A stretch of DNA of 64,000 nucleotides from an uncultured bacterium (GTDB lineage: Bacteria > Babelota > Babeliae > Babelales > Vermiphilaceae), in the NCBI GenBank assembly GCA_963702025.1, contig OY969699.1, positions 512,001-576,000 of the forward strand. Direction: 5' to 3'. Made by a program: the position numbers and the translations under genes. This document shows positions 1-10,308 of this stretch, piece by piece (the first letter of the stretch is position 1; each line of letters starts with the position of its first letter). A model generated the notes under the pieces. That model worked only from the letters and a program-made list of their open reading frames with translations. It was not told the DNA's origin and ran no database searches.

Positions 1-2
1 GC

Positions 3-737
3 GCTGCACGTATTATAAAATTTTCTGAAGCAATTGTGCCAATCAAAGTTGGCCTCTTTTTTCTTTCGGCATTGGCAATTTTAGGTTGGCATTATCAGGC
101 AATTATCCCTGCGTTAAAACTCATAGTGAGCAGCGGATTGAGCCTCAAAGCATTTGGCGGCGCAGCGCTTGGCTATACGATTCAACAAGCAATGAGATAT
201 GGCATTTTGCGCTCGATCAACGCAACTGAATCGGGGCTCGGGACGGCGGCAATTCTTTTCGGTTCCACCGGTAGCAAACATCCGGTGCGTGATGGCATTA
301 TGGCGATGGCAACCACATTGGTGAGCGCATTGGTCTGTTTTATTGTGGCACTGTGCATTGTGGCTAGCGGCGTATGGAATTCCGGGTTGACCAGTACGCC
401 ATTAACCATCGCAGCATATACTACGGTTTTTGGTGCTGTGGGCGGCTGGATTGTCACGCTGTTATCCATCGCATTTGGCATTGGTGTTCTTGTCTCTTAT
501 GCCTACATTACCAAGGCTGCGTGGGATTCTATTTTTGGTGCGCACACCGGCGTATTGTTTATTTTAGTGTATTGCGGATGTGCTTTTTTTGGCGCATGGA
601 CCGAGCAGGTAACTTCCCTTTGGGCATTGGTTGATATCTCTTTGGCATGTATGGTAATTCTTAATTTATTAGGAATTGTTTATTTGCTTCCGGTATTGCG
701 GCACGGTTTGCAATCATATAAAAATCTTCAAAAATAA
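3..737 (+). CDS. Alanine/glycine:cation symporter (AGCS family), 5' truncated by window edge
   Basis: Hydrophobic helices; 'AMRYGILRSINATESGLGTAAI' resembles the AGCS RG.FSNEAG.G motif; frame open to window start. Confidence 0.85.
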   Translation, partial: AARIIKFSEAIVPIKVGLFFLSALAILGWHYQAIIPALKLIVSSGLSLKAFGGAALGYTIQQAMRYGILRSINATESGLGTAAILFGSTGSKHPVRDGIMAMATTLVSALVCFIVALCIVASGVWNSGLTSTPLTIAAYTTVFGAVGGWIVTLLSIAFGIGVLVSYAYITKAAWDSIFGAHTGVLFILVYCGCAFFGAWTEQVTSLWALVDISLACMVILNLLGIVYLLPVLRHGLQSYKNLQK

Positions 738-754
738 ATGATAAGGAGTTTGTA

Positions 755-1567
755 ATGAAGATGCCATGCAAAGCGCATATCAAATACGGTATCTATGTGA
801 TAGGACTTTTATTGGTTTATGCTCACGCGAGTTCAGTATCGACAATAGAAAGAAAATCTTTTTTGTGCTCCTACACCGGCAAAAAAATTTTTTTGCTTTC
901 ATATCCGCGCTCCGGCAACACTTTAATGCGTTATTGTCTTGAGTTTTTAACTCAACGGGCAAGCTTTTACCGCTGGAGCTCACTGAACATGGATCGTCCT
1001 ATCGCTGATACGACTGGGTTCCCTATTGATACTACAAAACGTCCCATTGAAAAAGTTCATCGTAAGAGAGAAATGGTAGGATTCACAAATGAAGATTGCC
1101 TTATTTTTCTTCTCCGTGATCCTATAGAGACACTGGTAAGGGAAATAGGGAGCGATAACTTTCTGATGCTAATAAAAGGAGTGAAGCCGCCTGCGCCTAT
1201 ATTTTCTCATTATAGTCTCTATTTTGATAATTTAAAAATTTTTTCCGAATGGAAGGAGGAAAACAAGATATTAGTCTATTATGAAGATTTTTTACGGGAA
1301 CCGCGCAAAACTTTACAACGAGTTTTAACATTTCTGGGAGATTCAGATGAAAAGTTAGATGAGCTTATGGAACGATTTGACGAACACAAAAAAAGAGCTC
1401 TTGAGGTGTACAACATGTCTGAAAGCCAGGGGAAAGATTTACATTACCATGCTAAAAAATTAACGTTGGAAGAAAGAGAAGAAATACAAGGGTTTATACA
1501 GGAAAAATACAAGGATTTATGGCATTTATTTTTAGAAAGATATGATATAAGCAATAACGTTATATAG
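755..1567 (+). CDS. Sulfotransferase-domain protein with N-terminal signal/anchor
   Basis: SYPRSGNT PAPS-binding loop, LLRDP, VYYEDF motifs. Confidence 0.85.
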   Translation: MKMPCKAHIKYGIYVIGLLLVYAHASSVSTIERKSFLCSYTGKKIFLLSYPRSGNTLMRYCLEFLTQRASFYRWSSLNMDRPIADTTGFPIDTTKRPIEKVHRKREMVGFTNEDCLIFLLRDPIETLVREIGSDNFLMLIKGVKPPAPIFSHYSLYFDNLKIFSEWKEENKILVYYEDFLREPRKTLQRVLTFLGDSDEKLDELMERFDEHKKRALEVYNMSESQGKDLHYHAKKLTLEEREEIQGFIQEKYKDLWHLFLERYDISNNVI

Positions 1568-1605
1568 GTGGAAATCATGCCTGTTTTAATTCCCTAATAA
1601 AAAGG

Positions 1606-2142
1606 ATGACGATGATGAAAAAATATTGTTTATTAATGCTTATTTTATCTGCTTCCCCCTTGATTAGCATGGAGCCGGATGAACTGGCAATAAAAAAGAG
1701 AGAAGCTTTCAACTGTAGAAAGGAAATTTATCCGAGCGTTGCTCAAGCTGATACTAATGATGACAATGCGCTAATTGCCTATGATTACTTTCTAAAACTT
1801 TATCATAATGATGAGTCTAAGTTTCCTTTTAAAAGTTCTTATTTTTATCTCTATGATTGGGGTTCTTCCGATCCTGAAAGTGCCGTGATTATTCGACGGG
1901 CATATAGCACCGTGATTTCTAAAGCATTCTCGTTGCGCTCCAGCACTTTATCTGCCGGACAAATCGGTGATGAATGTCAACAAGCTCAATCAACCATTCT
2001 CACTGATCAGAAAGAAATGTCAGCAATCTTATTGGGCAATCAGGAAAAAATTTTATCGGTTGAGGATATAAAAACTAAGATTGCCGATCTTACCAACAAA
2101 ATAAAAAGTAAGAAGTTTGTGGCAATTAATTGGGATGAGTAA
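1606..2142 (+). CDS. Secreted hypothetical protein (paralog family A)
   Basis: Signal peptide ..PLISMEP; AFSLRS..L...IG.E motif shared with 2972 and 3730. Confidence 0.7.
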   Translation: MTMMKKYCLLMLILSASPLISMEPDELAIKKREAFNCRKEIYPSVAQADTNDDNALIAYDYFLKLYHNDESKFPFKSSYFYLYDWGSSDPESAVIIRRAYSTVISKAFSLRSSTLSAGQIGDECQQAQSTILTDQKEMSAILLGNQEKILSVEDIKTKIADLTNKIKSKKFVAINWDE

Positions 2143-2176
2143 GAAATTTTTCAAAATCGTTGATAATGAAGACATT

Positions 2177-2446
2177 TTATTTGAAAAGGTCCGAATGGGT
2201 TCCCATTGCATAGAGCAGTAGATGGGTATCTGACTTTTTATAAACTAGAAGCCAATTAGGCTCAATGTGACACTCCCAATATTCACTATATTTCCCCTTA
2301 AGCTTATGATTGCAATACTTGGCAGGAAGTGACTTCCCTTCGCGCAACAATTTAATAACAGTTTTGAGTTTATCCATATCCTTGCCGCGTTTGGCCATTT
2401 TTTTTGATTCACGATCAAAGCGGCCTGTTGTAGAGAAATCTATCAT
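2177..2446 (-). CDS. yafQ: Type II toxin, YafQ/RelE family mRNA interferase
   Basis: NHKLKG, WECHIEPNWLLVY, GTHSDLF motifs. Confidence 0.92.
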   Translation of the reverse strand: MIDFSTTGRFDRESKKMAKRGKDMDKLKTVIKLLREGKSLPAKYCNHKLKGKYSEYWECHIEPNWLLVYKKSDTHLLLYAMGTHSDLFK

Positions 2447-2716
2447 TTAAATGCCCAATTTTTTAAAAAGATCGTCAACATCTTTATATTTTTTAACGTC
2501 TTTTCCCGCATCGGCATCTTTAATTGTTTTTAACAGTTTTTTATTGGGAACATGGCTATACGGGCACTTTTCTTCCGGTTGCGATTTAAGTTGCTTATCA
2601 ATGTAATTAGCAAGCATTTCGCGCATGCTCATTCCTTTGCTTGCAGCAAGCGCCTTAAATTTTTTATGGATACTTTTCGGTACATCCAAAGTTATTCGAG
2701 ATACTTCAGTTTTCAT
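2447..2716 (-). CDS. Cognate antitoxin (RHH N-terminus, DinJ/RelB-like C-terminus)
   Basis: RITLDVPKSIHKKFK RHH-like segment; C-terminal PN....I.DA..GK.....VDDLFKKLG; abuts the toxin. Confidence 0.85.
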   Translation of the reverse strand: MKTEVSRITLDVPKSIHKKFKALAASKGMSMREMLANYIDKQLKSQPEEKCPYSHVPNKKLLKTIKDADAGKDVKKYKDVDDLFKKLGI

Positions 2717-2971
2717 ATTGTTCCTTATATTTAATCTTTATAGATAAATACATTATAAACACAGAAATGTGTAAATGTATATATATTAATAGAACTACTT
2801 GGCAGTATATATATTGTAATTTAAATAAGCATTGGCATAATAAGAATTACTTCTTTCGTTGGTAAAATGAATCTGCTATTTTCACTTTAGACGTTTTTTG
2901 AAAATAAGAAGATTTGTTATTATCGCCGATGAAAATAAGAGAAATTGTCATTAACGTGGTTGCAAATTATT

Positions 2972-3628
2972 ATGAAAAAAATGAAAAATGTTCTCATGAT
3001 GCTCGTAGGCGTCTCTCTTTTTGCGTCAGGTATGGAAAAGACAGCGAGCAATAAAAAGAGAAAAATACACCATGCTGTAGAACGTGAGGAAAATAATAAT
3101 GCGCAGGAAAAAGCTCCTGGCGCTTTGGTTACAAGTAGCATGCTCGTAGTGCCCCATGAGGTAGCGCAATATTATTTTGAAGAATTAAAAAATGCTGAGG
3201 TTGATTTACGCACTATTGTGGTGCCCTTTGAGTGTTATAAAAAAAAGGAGAATCGCGATAAAGTTAACTATCAATTTAGTATGGATACATTAAAATTCGA
3301 CTACTTTTTAACCTATGCGCGTCGGCATAGCTATGATCCGTCTAGTTGTGATGAAAATTTTTATGCGCAGCTAATTACACGGTATAGTGAAGAAATTGTA
3401 AAAAAAGCATTTTCTTTGCGCAGTCCGCGATTGCCATTATCAGCTATTGGTGTGGAGCTTAATAAAGCGATTGCCCATGTAAACAAAGATCTTTCTTTGC
3501 TTGCCTTTATTGCGACTGGCCAACCCGAGAACACTCTAACCAAGGGCGGATGGAAAAAACACTGGACTAATGCATGTGCTGCTGTTTTTAACAGTTTTGT
3601 GACGGATCATATTGCGCCGGAACTATAA
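2972..3628 (+). CDS. Secreted hypothetical protein (paralog family A)
   Basis: Signal peptide ..ASGMEK, KKRK basic patch, AFSLRSPRL..IG.E motif. Confidence 0.7.
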   Translation: MKKMKNVLMMLVGVSLFASGMEKTASNKKRKIHHAVEREENNNAQEKAPGALVTSSMLVVPHEVAQYYFEELKNAEVDLRTIVVPFECYKKKENRDKVNYQFSMDTLKFDYFLTYARRHSYDPSSCDENFYAQLITRYSEEIVKKAFSLRSPRLPLSAIGVELNKAIAHVNKDLSLLAFIATGQPENTLTKGGWKKHWTNACAAVFNSFVTDHIAPEL

Positions 3629-3729
3629 AAAATCTGTCTCCTCAAACTGCTAAATTCCTTTATACTAAAAAACAAATTATTTAGATTATAACCGAGTATA
3701 CAATCTGTGCATAACAAAACGGAGCATGT

Positions 3730-4194
3730 ATGAAATTATATATTGCAAGTGTGCTGTTATCTTTTACTTTCTTTGCGCAGAGCATGCAGTTGAATGTTTC
3801 TGCTGCGCAAGCCAATCCGCATGGCCTCTCATTACAAATCAAATATTTTAATGCACTCATTAGAAATAATATAGGCCATAAAGTTTTCAGCTATGCTTCT
3901 TTTCATCATGAAGATAAGCATTCACAATTGGTGAAAAAATATATGGAAGTGGTGACCAACCAAGCTTTTCTACAACGGTCCGCAACTTTGCGTTGCGATG
4001 AGATTGGCGATGAGTTGGAGCATGCGGTTGGCACGGTCGAGGCGAATCCTGAGCAATTTTTTCTTGAAGAACAGATAACTGCTAATCAATGGAAAGAACG
4101 ATGGGCCGCCGTTAAAGAAGATTTAACTGCGCGCTACAACCAACAACAAGGAAATAGTGTTGAATTGGGTTTGGCGGATCATGCGATACAATGA
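3730..4194 (+). CDS. Secreted hypothetical protein (paralog family A)
   Basis: GGAG RBS, signal peptide ..AQSMQ, AFLQRSATL..EIGDE motif. Confidence 0.7.
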   Translation: MKLYIASVLLSFTFFAQSMQLNVSAAQANPHGLSLQIKYFNALIRNNIGHKVFSYASFHHEDKHSQLVKKYMEVVTNQAFLQRSATLRCDEIGDELEHAVGTVEANPEQFFLEEQITANQWKERWAAVKEDLTARYNQQQGNSVELGLADHAIQ

Positions 4195-4243
4195 AGAAAT
4201 TTAGTGAGATTTACTACAAATTATAAAACCGTGTAATAGGATT

Positions 4244-5683
4244 ATGAGTACATTATCATTACCCAAAATTTGGCCGGTTACCTGCCATACCGATTATGTT
4301 GGCAAGAATTCTACCTTTGTAGCCATTAAGGGCCAAAAGTATAACGGTGCAGATTTTATACCGCTTTCACTCAAAAAGGGTGCAACCACCATAATTGCTG
4401 AATATGATACGGATATTAGTCAAGAAATCATTGACGTGATTAAAACTGCTGACGCAAAGCTAGAATTTGTTCCCAATGCGCGCCGAACGCTAGCATTACG
4501 TGCGGCAGATGCCTGGCATAATCCGGCTGATAAGCTTAAAATTATTGGTATAACGGGCACCAAAGGCAAGACCACCACCTCATGGCTTTTGCATCATTTG
4601 TTGCAGAGTGGCGGGCATAAAACAGCACTGCTGAGCACTGCGGGCAATAAAATAGGCAATCAAGAATTTGCTACCGAATTAACTACGCAACATCCTGATT
4701 ATTTGCATGCATTTTTTCATGCATGTACCATTACGGGAATGGAATATGTGGTGATGGAAGTTGCCGCGCAAGCAGTCTCATTGCACCGAACTGCCGGTTT
4801 GCACTTTGATGGTATAATTTTTACCAATTTTGCCCAAGCCCACGGGGAATTTTATGCAACGGTGCAGGATTATTTTAATGCTAAGTGTGCACTTTTTAGC
4901 CAGGCGAAATTAAATGTTCCCTTTGTTATTAACGCGGATGATGAAACAGGGCGCAATTTGCTTGAGCAATTTAAAGATGCAACCGCATGCAGTACCAAAA
5001 ATCCGTTTGCCCATGTTTACTTTATGCCGCATCAAATAACCACTCATGGCATTACCGGATTAATGCAAGGCATTGGGGAAAGTATTACCATTAATTGCCC
5101 CGCGCTTATTGGTACTTTTAATGCGGCCAATATTGTGGCGGCCGTAAGTATGGCATGGCGACTTGGCATTGAACAAAATGCGATTGCCGGTGCATTACAG
5201 AGTTTTGCTGGTGTGCCCGGTCGGCTTGAAAAGCATAGTGCGCCTAATGGAGCGGTGGTATTTATTGATTATGCGCACAACCCACTTTCATTCCAATCGG
5301 TGTTGCCATTATTGCGTTCGTTAACTGATCATTTAATTGTAGTTGCCGGTGCGGGAGGCGATCGTGATAAAGCTATGCGGCCGATCATGGGGCAGTTGAT
5401 GAGTGAGTATGCGGATCAGGTTTTTATCACCTCAGATAATCCGCGCTCAGAAAATCCTGCCGATATTATTGCCGCCATGTATGCGGGAATAGCCCCGGAA
5501 AAAAAGGGCGCGATGGTTTGCGAACTTGATCGCGAAAAAGCTATTCAAAAAGCATATGCATGCTCGCACAAAGGGACAGTGATTGCCCTGCTTGGCAAAG
5601 GGCCGGATGAATACCAGATTGTCGGCGCCACAAAATTTCCCTTTAGTGAACGGCAGATTGTGCAAAGGTTGCCCAACCCCTAA
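4244..5683 (+). CDS. murE: UDP-MurNAc-Ala-Glu:meso-DAP ligase
   Basis: GITGTKGKTT P-loop, DYAHNP, GAGGDRD, DNPR (DAP-specific motif), GKG. Confidence 0.93.
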   Translation: MSTLSLPKIWPVTCHTDYVGKNSTFVAIKGQKYNGADFIPLSLKKGATTIIAEYDTDISQEIIDVIKTADAKLEFVPNARRTLALRAADAWHNPADKLKIIGITGTKGKTTTSWLLHHLLQSGGHKTALLSTAGNKIGNQEFATELTTQHPDYLHAFFHACTITGMEYVVMEVAAQAVSLHRTAGLHFDGIIFTNFAQAHGEFYATVQDYFNAKCALFSQAKLNVPFVINADDETGRNLLEQFKDATACSTKNPFAHVYFMPHQITTHGITGLMQGIGESITINCPALIGTFNAANIVAAVSMAWRLGIEQNAIAGALQSFAGVPGRLEKHSAPNGAVVFIDYAHNPLSFQSVLPLLRSLTDHLIVVAGAGGDRDKAMRPIMGQLMSEYADQVFITSDNPRSENPADIIAAMYAGIAPEKKGAMVCELDREKAIQKAYACSHKGTVIALLGKGPDEYQIVGATKFPFSERQIVQRLPNP

Positions 5684-5737
5684 TTTTTTTCTAGCCTCAA
5701 AACAGGAATTACTATTCTTTTAAATAAAGGAGTACCC

Positions 5738-6238
5738 ATGAAGGTAGTAGGAATTCTTGGTTTGATTTTTGCCGTGGTGCCCATTGAGGCTATGCAGAAA
5801 TCAGTATCAGCACCGCTCGTTGTTGTAGCGCAAAAAGTGGAAAATGAATCCCATTTATATAGCTGTAAATGTTTTTGCAGGATGTGCGTGAAAACGGCAA
5901 CCCAAAGACTGCAAGACTTAATTGAGCAGGTAAACTATATTAGTCATTCGCAAAAATTAAGAAAGCAGAGCGTTGAAGTAAACGTGCCTACGTATGAAGC
6001 TCTTATTTTGCTCCAATCGATGAGAAAGGATGTGAAAACGCTTAAGGGCTCTCTTAAAGAAATTAAAATGCCAAAGACAAAAAGATTTCCTTCTTATGTG
6101 ACAAAAAACCCGAATAATATACTTGCTGATCGCAAAACGCCCCCTTTGGCTCAAAGCACTAATGAGGAGGAGGAGTTTGCCACCCTCACCAATCCGGACC
6201 AGATTCAGTTACGTTACTTCGACCCATTTGCTTCTTAA
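5738..6238 (+). CDS. Secreted hypothetical protein
   Basis: AAGGAG RBS, signal peptide ..IEAMQK, CxCxCxxC cluster. Confidence 0.65.
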   Translation: MKVVGILGLIFAVVPIEAMQKSVSAPLVVVAQKVENESHLYSCKCFCRMCVKTATQRLQDLIEQVNYISHSQKLRKQSVEVNVPTYEALILLQSMRKDVKTLKGSLKEIKMPKTKRFPSYVTKNPNNILADRKTPPLAQSTNEEEEFATLTNPDQIQLRYFDPFAS

Positions 6239-6343
6239 TTGGAAAAAGGCTCCATTTTTGACAAAAAACAGAGGAATAGTAGACTAAAAATCTGTTCTAC
6301 TATTGTTAATAATTGTTTTTAACCTGTTTTTTGGGGTTTATTA

Positions 6344-8317
6344 ATGGATATATTCCAGTTTTTTATTATTTGTTTGGCAACTTCATTGCTTGGATTGGCT
6401 GTTGTAGCTATCTTGCTGTTTAAAATACGCAGCATTAGTGTTGATAATCTCAAAGCGCAAGAGATAGCCGCTGCCATTAGGGGCGGGGCAATGACCTTTT
6501 TGCGCGAAGAATATCAGATTATCGCACTCGTTGTGGCAGTTGTGGCCTTGGCGTTGGGCCTTTTGGTGAGCGTTACCAGCGCATGCTGCTTTATTTTCGG
6601 TGCATTTCTTTCTATGGCCTGTGGCTATATTGGTATGAATGCAGCGACTGATGCGAACGTGAGAACTACGATGGCAGCTAAAAATGATGGCGAGCAAGCC
6701 GCTTTTTCTATCGCTTTCTTTGGGGGTGGTGTTATGGGTTTTGCTGTTGCGGCATTTGGACTCATTGGTCTTGGCCTTTTATTTTATCTGTTTGTTGATC
6801 GCCCTGATTTTATGATCTTAATTACGAGCTTTGGTATCGGGGCCAGCTTGGTGGCCTTCTTTGCTCGCGTGGGCGGTGGTATTTATACCAAATCTGCCGA
6901 CGTTGGTGCTGACCTGGTAGGAAAAATTGAAGCAGGAATTCCTGAAGATGATCCTCGTAATCCGGCCGTTATTGCCGATAACGTGGGTGATTGTGTGGGT
7001 GATACTGCTGGCATGGGCGCTGACATCTATGAATCATATGTTGGCGCGATGATTGCCTCAATCATTTTAGGAATTGAAACTTATGGCATGAACCTGGCAT
7101 ATATTACCTTTCCCGTGGCGCTTGCTGCCCTTGGTATGATCGGTTCTGTTATTGGTTTAGCATCTAACTTGATACTTCGTCTTGAACCGGCCGCAATGTT
7201 ACGTGTTGCAAATTATATCGCAATAGGATTTTTATTAGTCTCTTCGTATGCTTACCTTATGGTTACGGGTATTGAGCAAAACTTATTTATTGCCGTGGCT
7301 TTAGGATGCCTTGCTGGGATAATCGTGGGGTTGATTACCGAGTATTACACCGGTGGCTCGCCGGTAGTTAAAACTGCTGAAAGTGCGCGTTCGGGTGCCG
7401 CAACCAATATTATCTATGGGTTATCGGTAGGAATGGAATCTGTTGTAGCGCCGGTAATTTTGCTTTCATTTATCGTCTTACTTGCCAGTTATTACGGTGG
7501 CGGATTATTTGGTGTTTCTTTATCCGGTGTTGCGATGTTGGCAACAGTTGGTATTAGTATGACCGTTGATGCCTACGGCCCGATTGCCGATAATGCCGGC
7601 GGTATTTCTGAAATGGCAGGTTTTGGCGAATCAGTAAGAAGAATTACCGATAAACTTGATGCGCTTGGCAATACAACAGCGGCGATGGGCAAAGGCTTTG
7701 CTATCGGCTCAGCATTGCTAACCGCATTGGCAATGTTTGCGGCCTATTCTAAGGCGGCTCATTTAGATGGCCTTAATGTGGTGGATCCGCTCATTTTGGT
7801 AGGCGTATTTATCGGTGCAACCTTACCATTTTTAATTAGCGCACTTACCATGCGTTCAGTTGGTGATGCGGCATTGAAGATGGTGATGGAAGTGCGCAGA
7901 CAATTTAAAGAAATTCCGGGCCTTATGGAAGGTACGGCAAAGCCTGATTATAATCGCTGTATTGCTATAAGCACTAAAGCGGCATTGCAGCAAATGATTG
8001 TGCCGGGATTAATCACTGTTATTACGCCGATTGTGGTACGTTTTTGCTTAGGCAAGGCGGCCCTTGGCGGGCTCCTTGTTGGTGCCACCGTGGTTGGCGT
8101 ATTGCTTGCCTTGATGATGGCAAACGGCGGCGGAGCATGGGATAATGCAAAAAAATATATTGAAGCGGGCCATTTTGGTGGCAAAGGCTCCCCAACTCAT
8201 AAAGCTGCGGTTGTTGGCGATACGGTGGGCGACCCATTCAAAGATACTTCCGGTCCAACCTTAAATATTTTGATCAAATTAATGTCGGTGATTTCATTGT
8301 TGTTAGTGTTGATTTAA
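6344..8317 (+). CDS. hppA: Membrane-bound pyrophosphatase, K+-dependent, probably Na+-pumping
   Basis: [38 protein letters not shown] motifs. Confidence 0.95.
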   Translation: MDIFQFFIICLATSLLGLAVVAILLFKIRSISVDNLKAQEIAAAIRGGAMTFLREEYQIIALVVAVVALALGLLVSVTSACCFIFGAFLSMACGYIGMNAATDANVRTTMAAKNDGEQAAFSIAFFGGGVMGFAVAAFGLIGLGLLFYLFVDRPDFMILITSFGIGASLVAFFARVGGGIYTKSADVGADLVGKIEAGIPEDDPRNPAVIADNVGDCVGDTAGMGADIYESYVGAMIASIILGIETYGMNLAYITFPVALAALGMIGSVIGLASNLILRLEPAAMLRVANYIAIGFLLVSSYAYLMVTGIEQNLFIAVALGCLAGIIVGLITEYYTGGSPVVKTAESARSGAATNIIYGLSVGMESVVAPVILLSFIVLLASYYGGGLFGVSLSGVAMLATVGISMTVDAYGPIADNAGGISEMAGFGESVRRITDKLDALGNTTAAMGKGFAIGSALLTALAMFAAYSKAAHLDGLNVVDPLILVGVFIGATLPFLISALTMRSVGDAALKMVMEVRRQFKEIPGLMEGTAKPDYNRCIAISTKAALQQMIVPGLITVITPIVVRFCLGKAALGGLLVGATVVGVLLALMMANGGGAWDNAKKYIEAGHFGGKGSPTHKAAVVGDTVGDPFKDTSGPTLNILIKLMSVISLLLVLI

Positions 8318-8338
8318 TACTAAAGTATGAATATAATT

Positions 8339-8363
8339 AGGCGACTTTCGGGTCGCCTTTTTC
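8339..8363 (+). terminator. Rho-independent terminator after hppA
   Basis: aggcgac-tttcgg-gtcgcct followed by T-run. Confidence 0.8.
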
Positions 8364-8392
8364 TTTAACTTCTTTTTACAATAAGGATCATT

Positions 8393-8818
8393 ATGAAGAT
8401 AAAACCATTTTATTTGGTCTGCCTCTTTTCTCCAACGTTATTGGTAAGCATGCATATTCAGTTGCTCTTTCCATTAAAAAATGGCGCAAAAATTGCAGAG
8501 GGTCCTTTTTTTACTACCTGCTATAACCTCGACAAGCTTCGCAAAGAAAAATATTCACATTTTGAAGAATTAGTTGCAAAGGCGCGTAATGATCAGTATG
8601 AAATAAAAAACAATGAAGTAAAATCGAACTTACTTACGCAAAAGTTTCTGGTGGATGAAAAGGGAAACATAGACGAAGGTTGTCGCAATATTATTCTATC
8701 TGGTGTTAAAGACAAAGATAATCGGTTAATGCTGTATGATCCAACAACAATGTGTGATCCGAGTGTGGGGGATTCACGGGGGATGTTTGATGGCGAATCC
8801 GTTCCTGCTGACAAATAA
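8393..8818 (+). CDS. Secreted hypothetical protein
   Basis: AAGGA RBS, signal-like N-terminus ..LVSMH. Confidence 0.6.
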   Translation: MKIKPFYLVCLFSPTLLVSMHIQLLFPLKNGAKIAEGPFFTTCYNLDKLRKEKYSHFEELVAKARNDQYEIKNNEVKSNLLTQKFLVDEKGNIDEGCRNIILSGVKDKDNRLMLYDPTTMCDPSVGDSRGMFDGESVPADK

Positions 8819-8844
8819 TAATATTCATTGTTCGAATATTTTTG

Positions 8845-8870
8845 AGGCGACTTGCGGGTCGCCTTATTTT
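8845..8870 (+). terminator. Terminator hairpin, near-identical copy of the hppA terminator
   Basis: aggcgac-ttgcgg-gtcgcct-tatttt. Confidence 0.75.
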
Positions 8871-9009
8871 ATTATTTCTTAATAAGTGAAAAAAATACAT
8901 ATTTAATTTTGTTTTTAAATTTTTATTAGAAATTACTTGCGAAATAAATTTTGCTCATGTTATCCTACTAATGACTAAAAAAGAGGGGTAGTAAATTAGG
9001 GGAAGCAGA

Positions 9010-10308
9010 ATGAACAAAGGGACACAAAGCAACAAAAAGTATATTTTTACGTTGGCCAGAGTAATTTTTCTTATCTTTGTTGCCTTGGTCTTGCCCCGCT
9101 TTTTCTTAGTTGAGCAAAATGCAACAATTGCACCACTTAATCATGAAATTTTCAAACTCGGTATTGAATCATTAACCGATGAGTTTCTCTCAAGCCTTAG
9201 CCCACAAAGTAGCGCTGATTATACGGTTGGCCTGGTCACCAACCATACCGCTCTGGATCAAAAAGGTAATCGCACCGCAGAAATACTGTTATCCAAAGGC
9301 TTACGGGTTCAAAAGATCTTTATTCCCGAAGATGACTTTTTTGCCTATAAAAAAAATTTTAATGCCGATTTAACCGATGACAAAACAGAAATTCCTCTGG
9401 CGATGCTTGCGCATATCGATTCATTAAAAAAGTCTCGGGAGTATAATTTTAATGATGTTGACGTTCTGTTTTTTGATATGCAAGATTCGGGAATCAATCC
9501 GAGTGTGGCGATGACAACCTTGTTGAAAACATTACAAAGTGCGGCAAAACAAAATAAAACAATGGTGGTTTTGGATCGCCCAAATCTTTTAGGGTGTTCC
9601 ATGGAAGGTATCATTAATGACGGTGCCAATGATAGAGACGAACAGATTCCGGTGCCCATGCGGCATGGTATGACCTGCGGTGAACTTGCCCGCTATTTTA
9701 ATACAACATTATTAGCCAGTCCGGCTCGCCTGTTTGTGGTGCCTATGCAAAATTATACCCGTGATCTTTTTAGCCACGCCTCCACCGCTGCCCATGCATC
9801 ATTATTAACCAATATTGACGCGTATTATGGTGCCAGCTTTTTACCGGTATTGGGCGCGGTAAAACCATTTGATATTGGCCTGGGGACTGATTTAGCATTT
9901 TCCTGTTTGTTTTTACCCGAATCCGAAGGCGTTTCAAAGCAAAAATGGTTTGAACTACGAGCATTGCTCAAAGAACAGGGGATCGAAACATCATGGCACC
10001 GGTATTATAACCCAAAAAAGAGATGCTACTATTCTGGGTTGCGATTTTTGGTGAGAAATGTTGACCAATTTTCTCCTTTTAATACTGTGGTGACCGTTGT
10101 GCATTTTTTTAAAGATGCCGGTGTCCCATTATCCTTCTTGCCAGAATTTGATCATATATTTGGGGGAAAGAAAATGAGAAGTTTCTTGGAAGGTAAATGT
10201 GCGCGGCATGATTTAGAATATGCGGTGAATAAAGGGTTAAAAACATTCTTTAATAAGGCTCATTCTTCCCTTATTTATAAGCCGGCGCCAAAAGTGGTTC
10301 TGTTATGA
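9010..10308 (+). CDS. NamZ/DUF1343-like protein, divergent copy with N-terminal TM helix
   Basis: GLVTNHT, DMQDSG, DRPN, RHGMT.GELA motifs present; PEHG replaced by PEDD. Confidence 0.8.
   Translation: MNKGTQSNKKYIFTLARVIFLIFVALVLPRFFLVEQNATIAPLNHEIFKLGIESLTDEFLSSLSPQSSADYTVGLVTNHTALDQKGNRTAEILLSKGLRVQKIFIPEDDFFAYKKNFNADLTDDKTEIPLAMLAHIDSLKKSREYNFNDVDVLFFDMQDSGINPSVAMTTLLKTLQSAAKQNKTMVVLDRPNLLGCSMEGIINDGANDRDEQIPVPMRHGMTCGELARYFNTTLLASPARLFVVPMQNYTRDLFSHASTAAHASLLTNIDAYYGASFLPVLGAVKPFDIGLGTDLAFSCLFLPESEGVSKQKWFELRALLKEQGIETSWHRYYNPKKRCYYSGLRFLVRNVDQFSPFNTVVTVVHFFKDAGVPLSFLPEFDHIFGGKKMRSFLEGKCARHDLEYAVNKGLKTFFNKAHSSLIYKPAPKVVLL

Noticed and set aside
2143..2905. Weak inverted similarity (ttttcaaaa..cgt) flanking the YafQ TA module
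   Set aside because: Too short and low in complexity to call as element ends.
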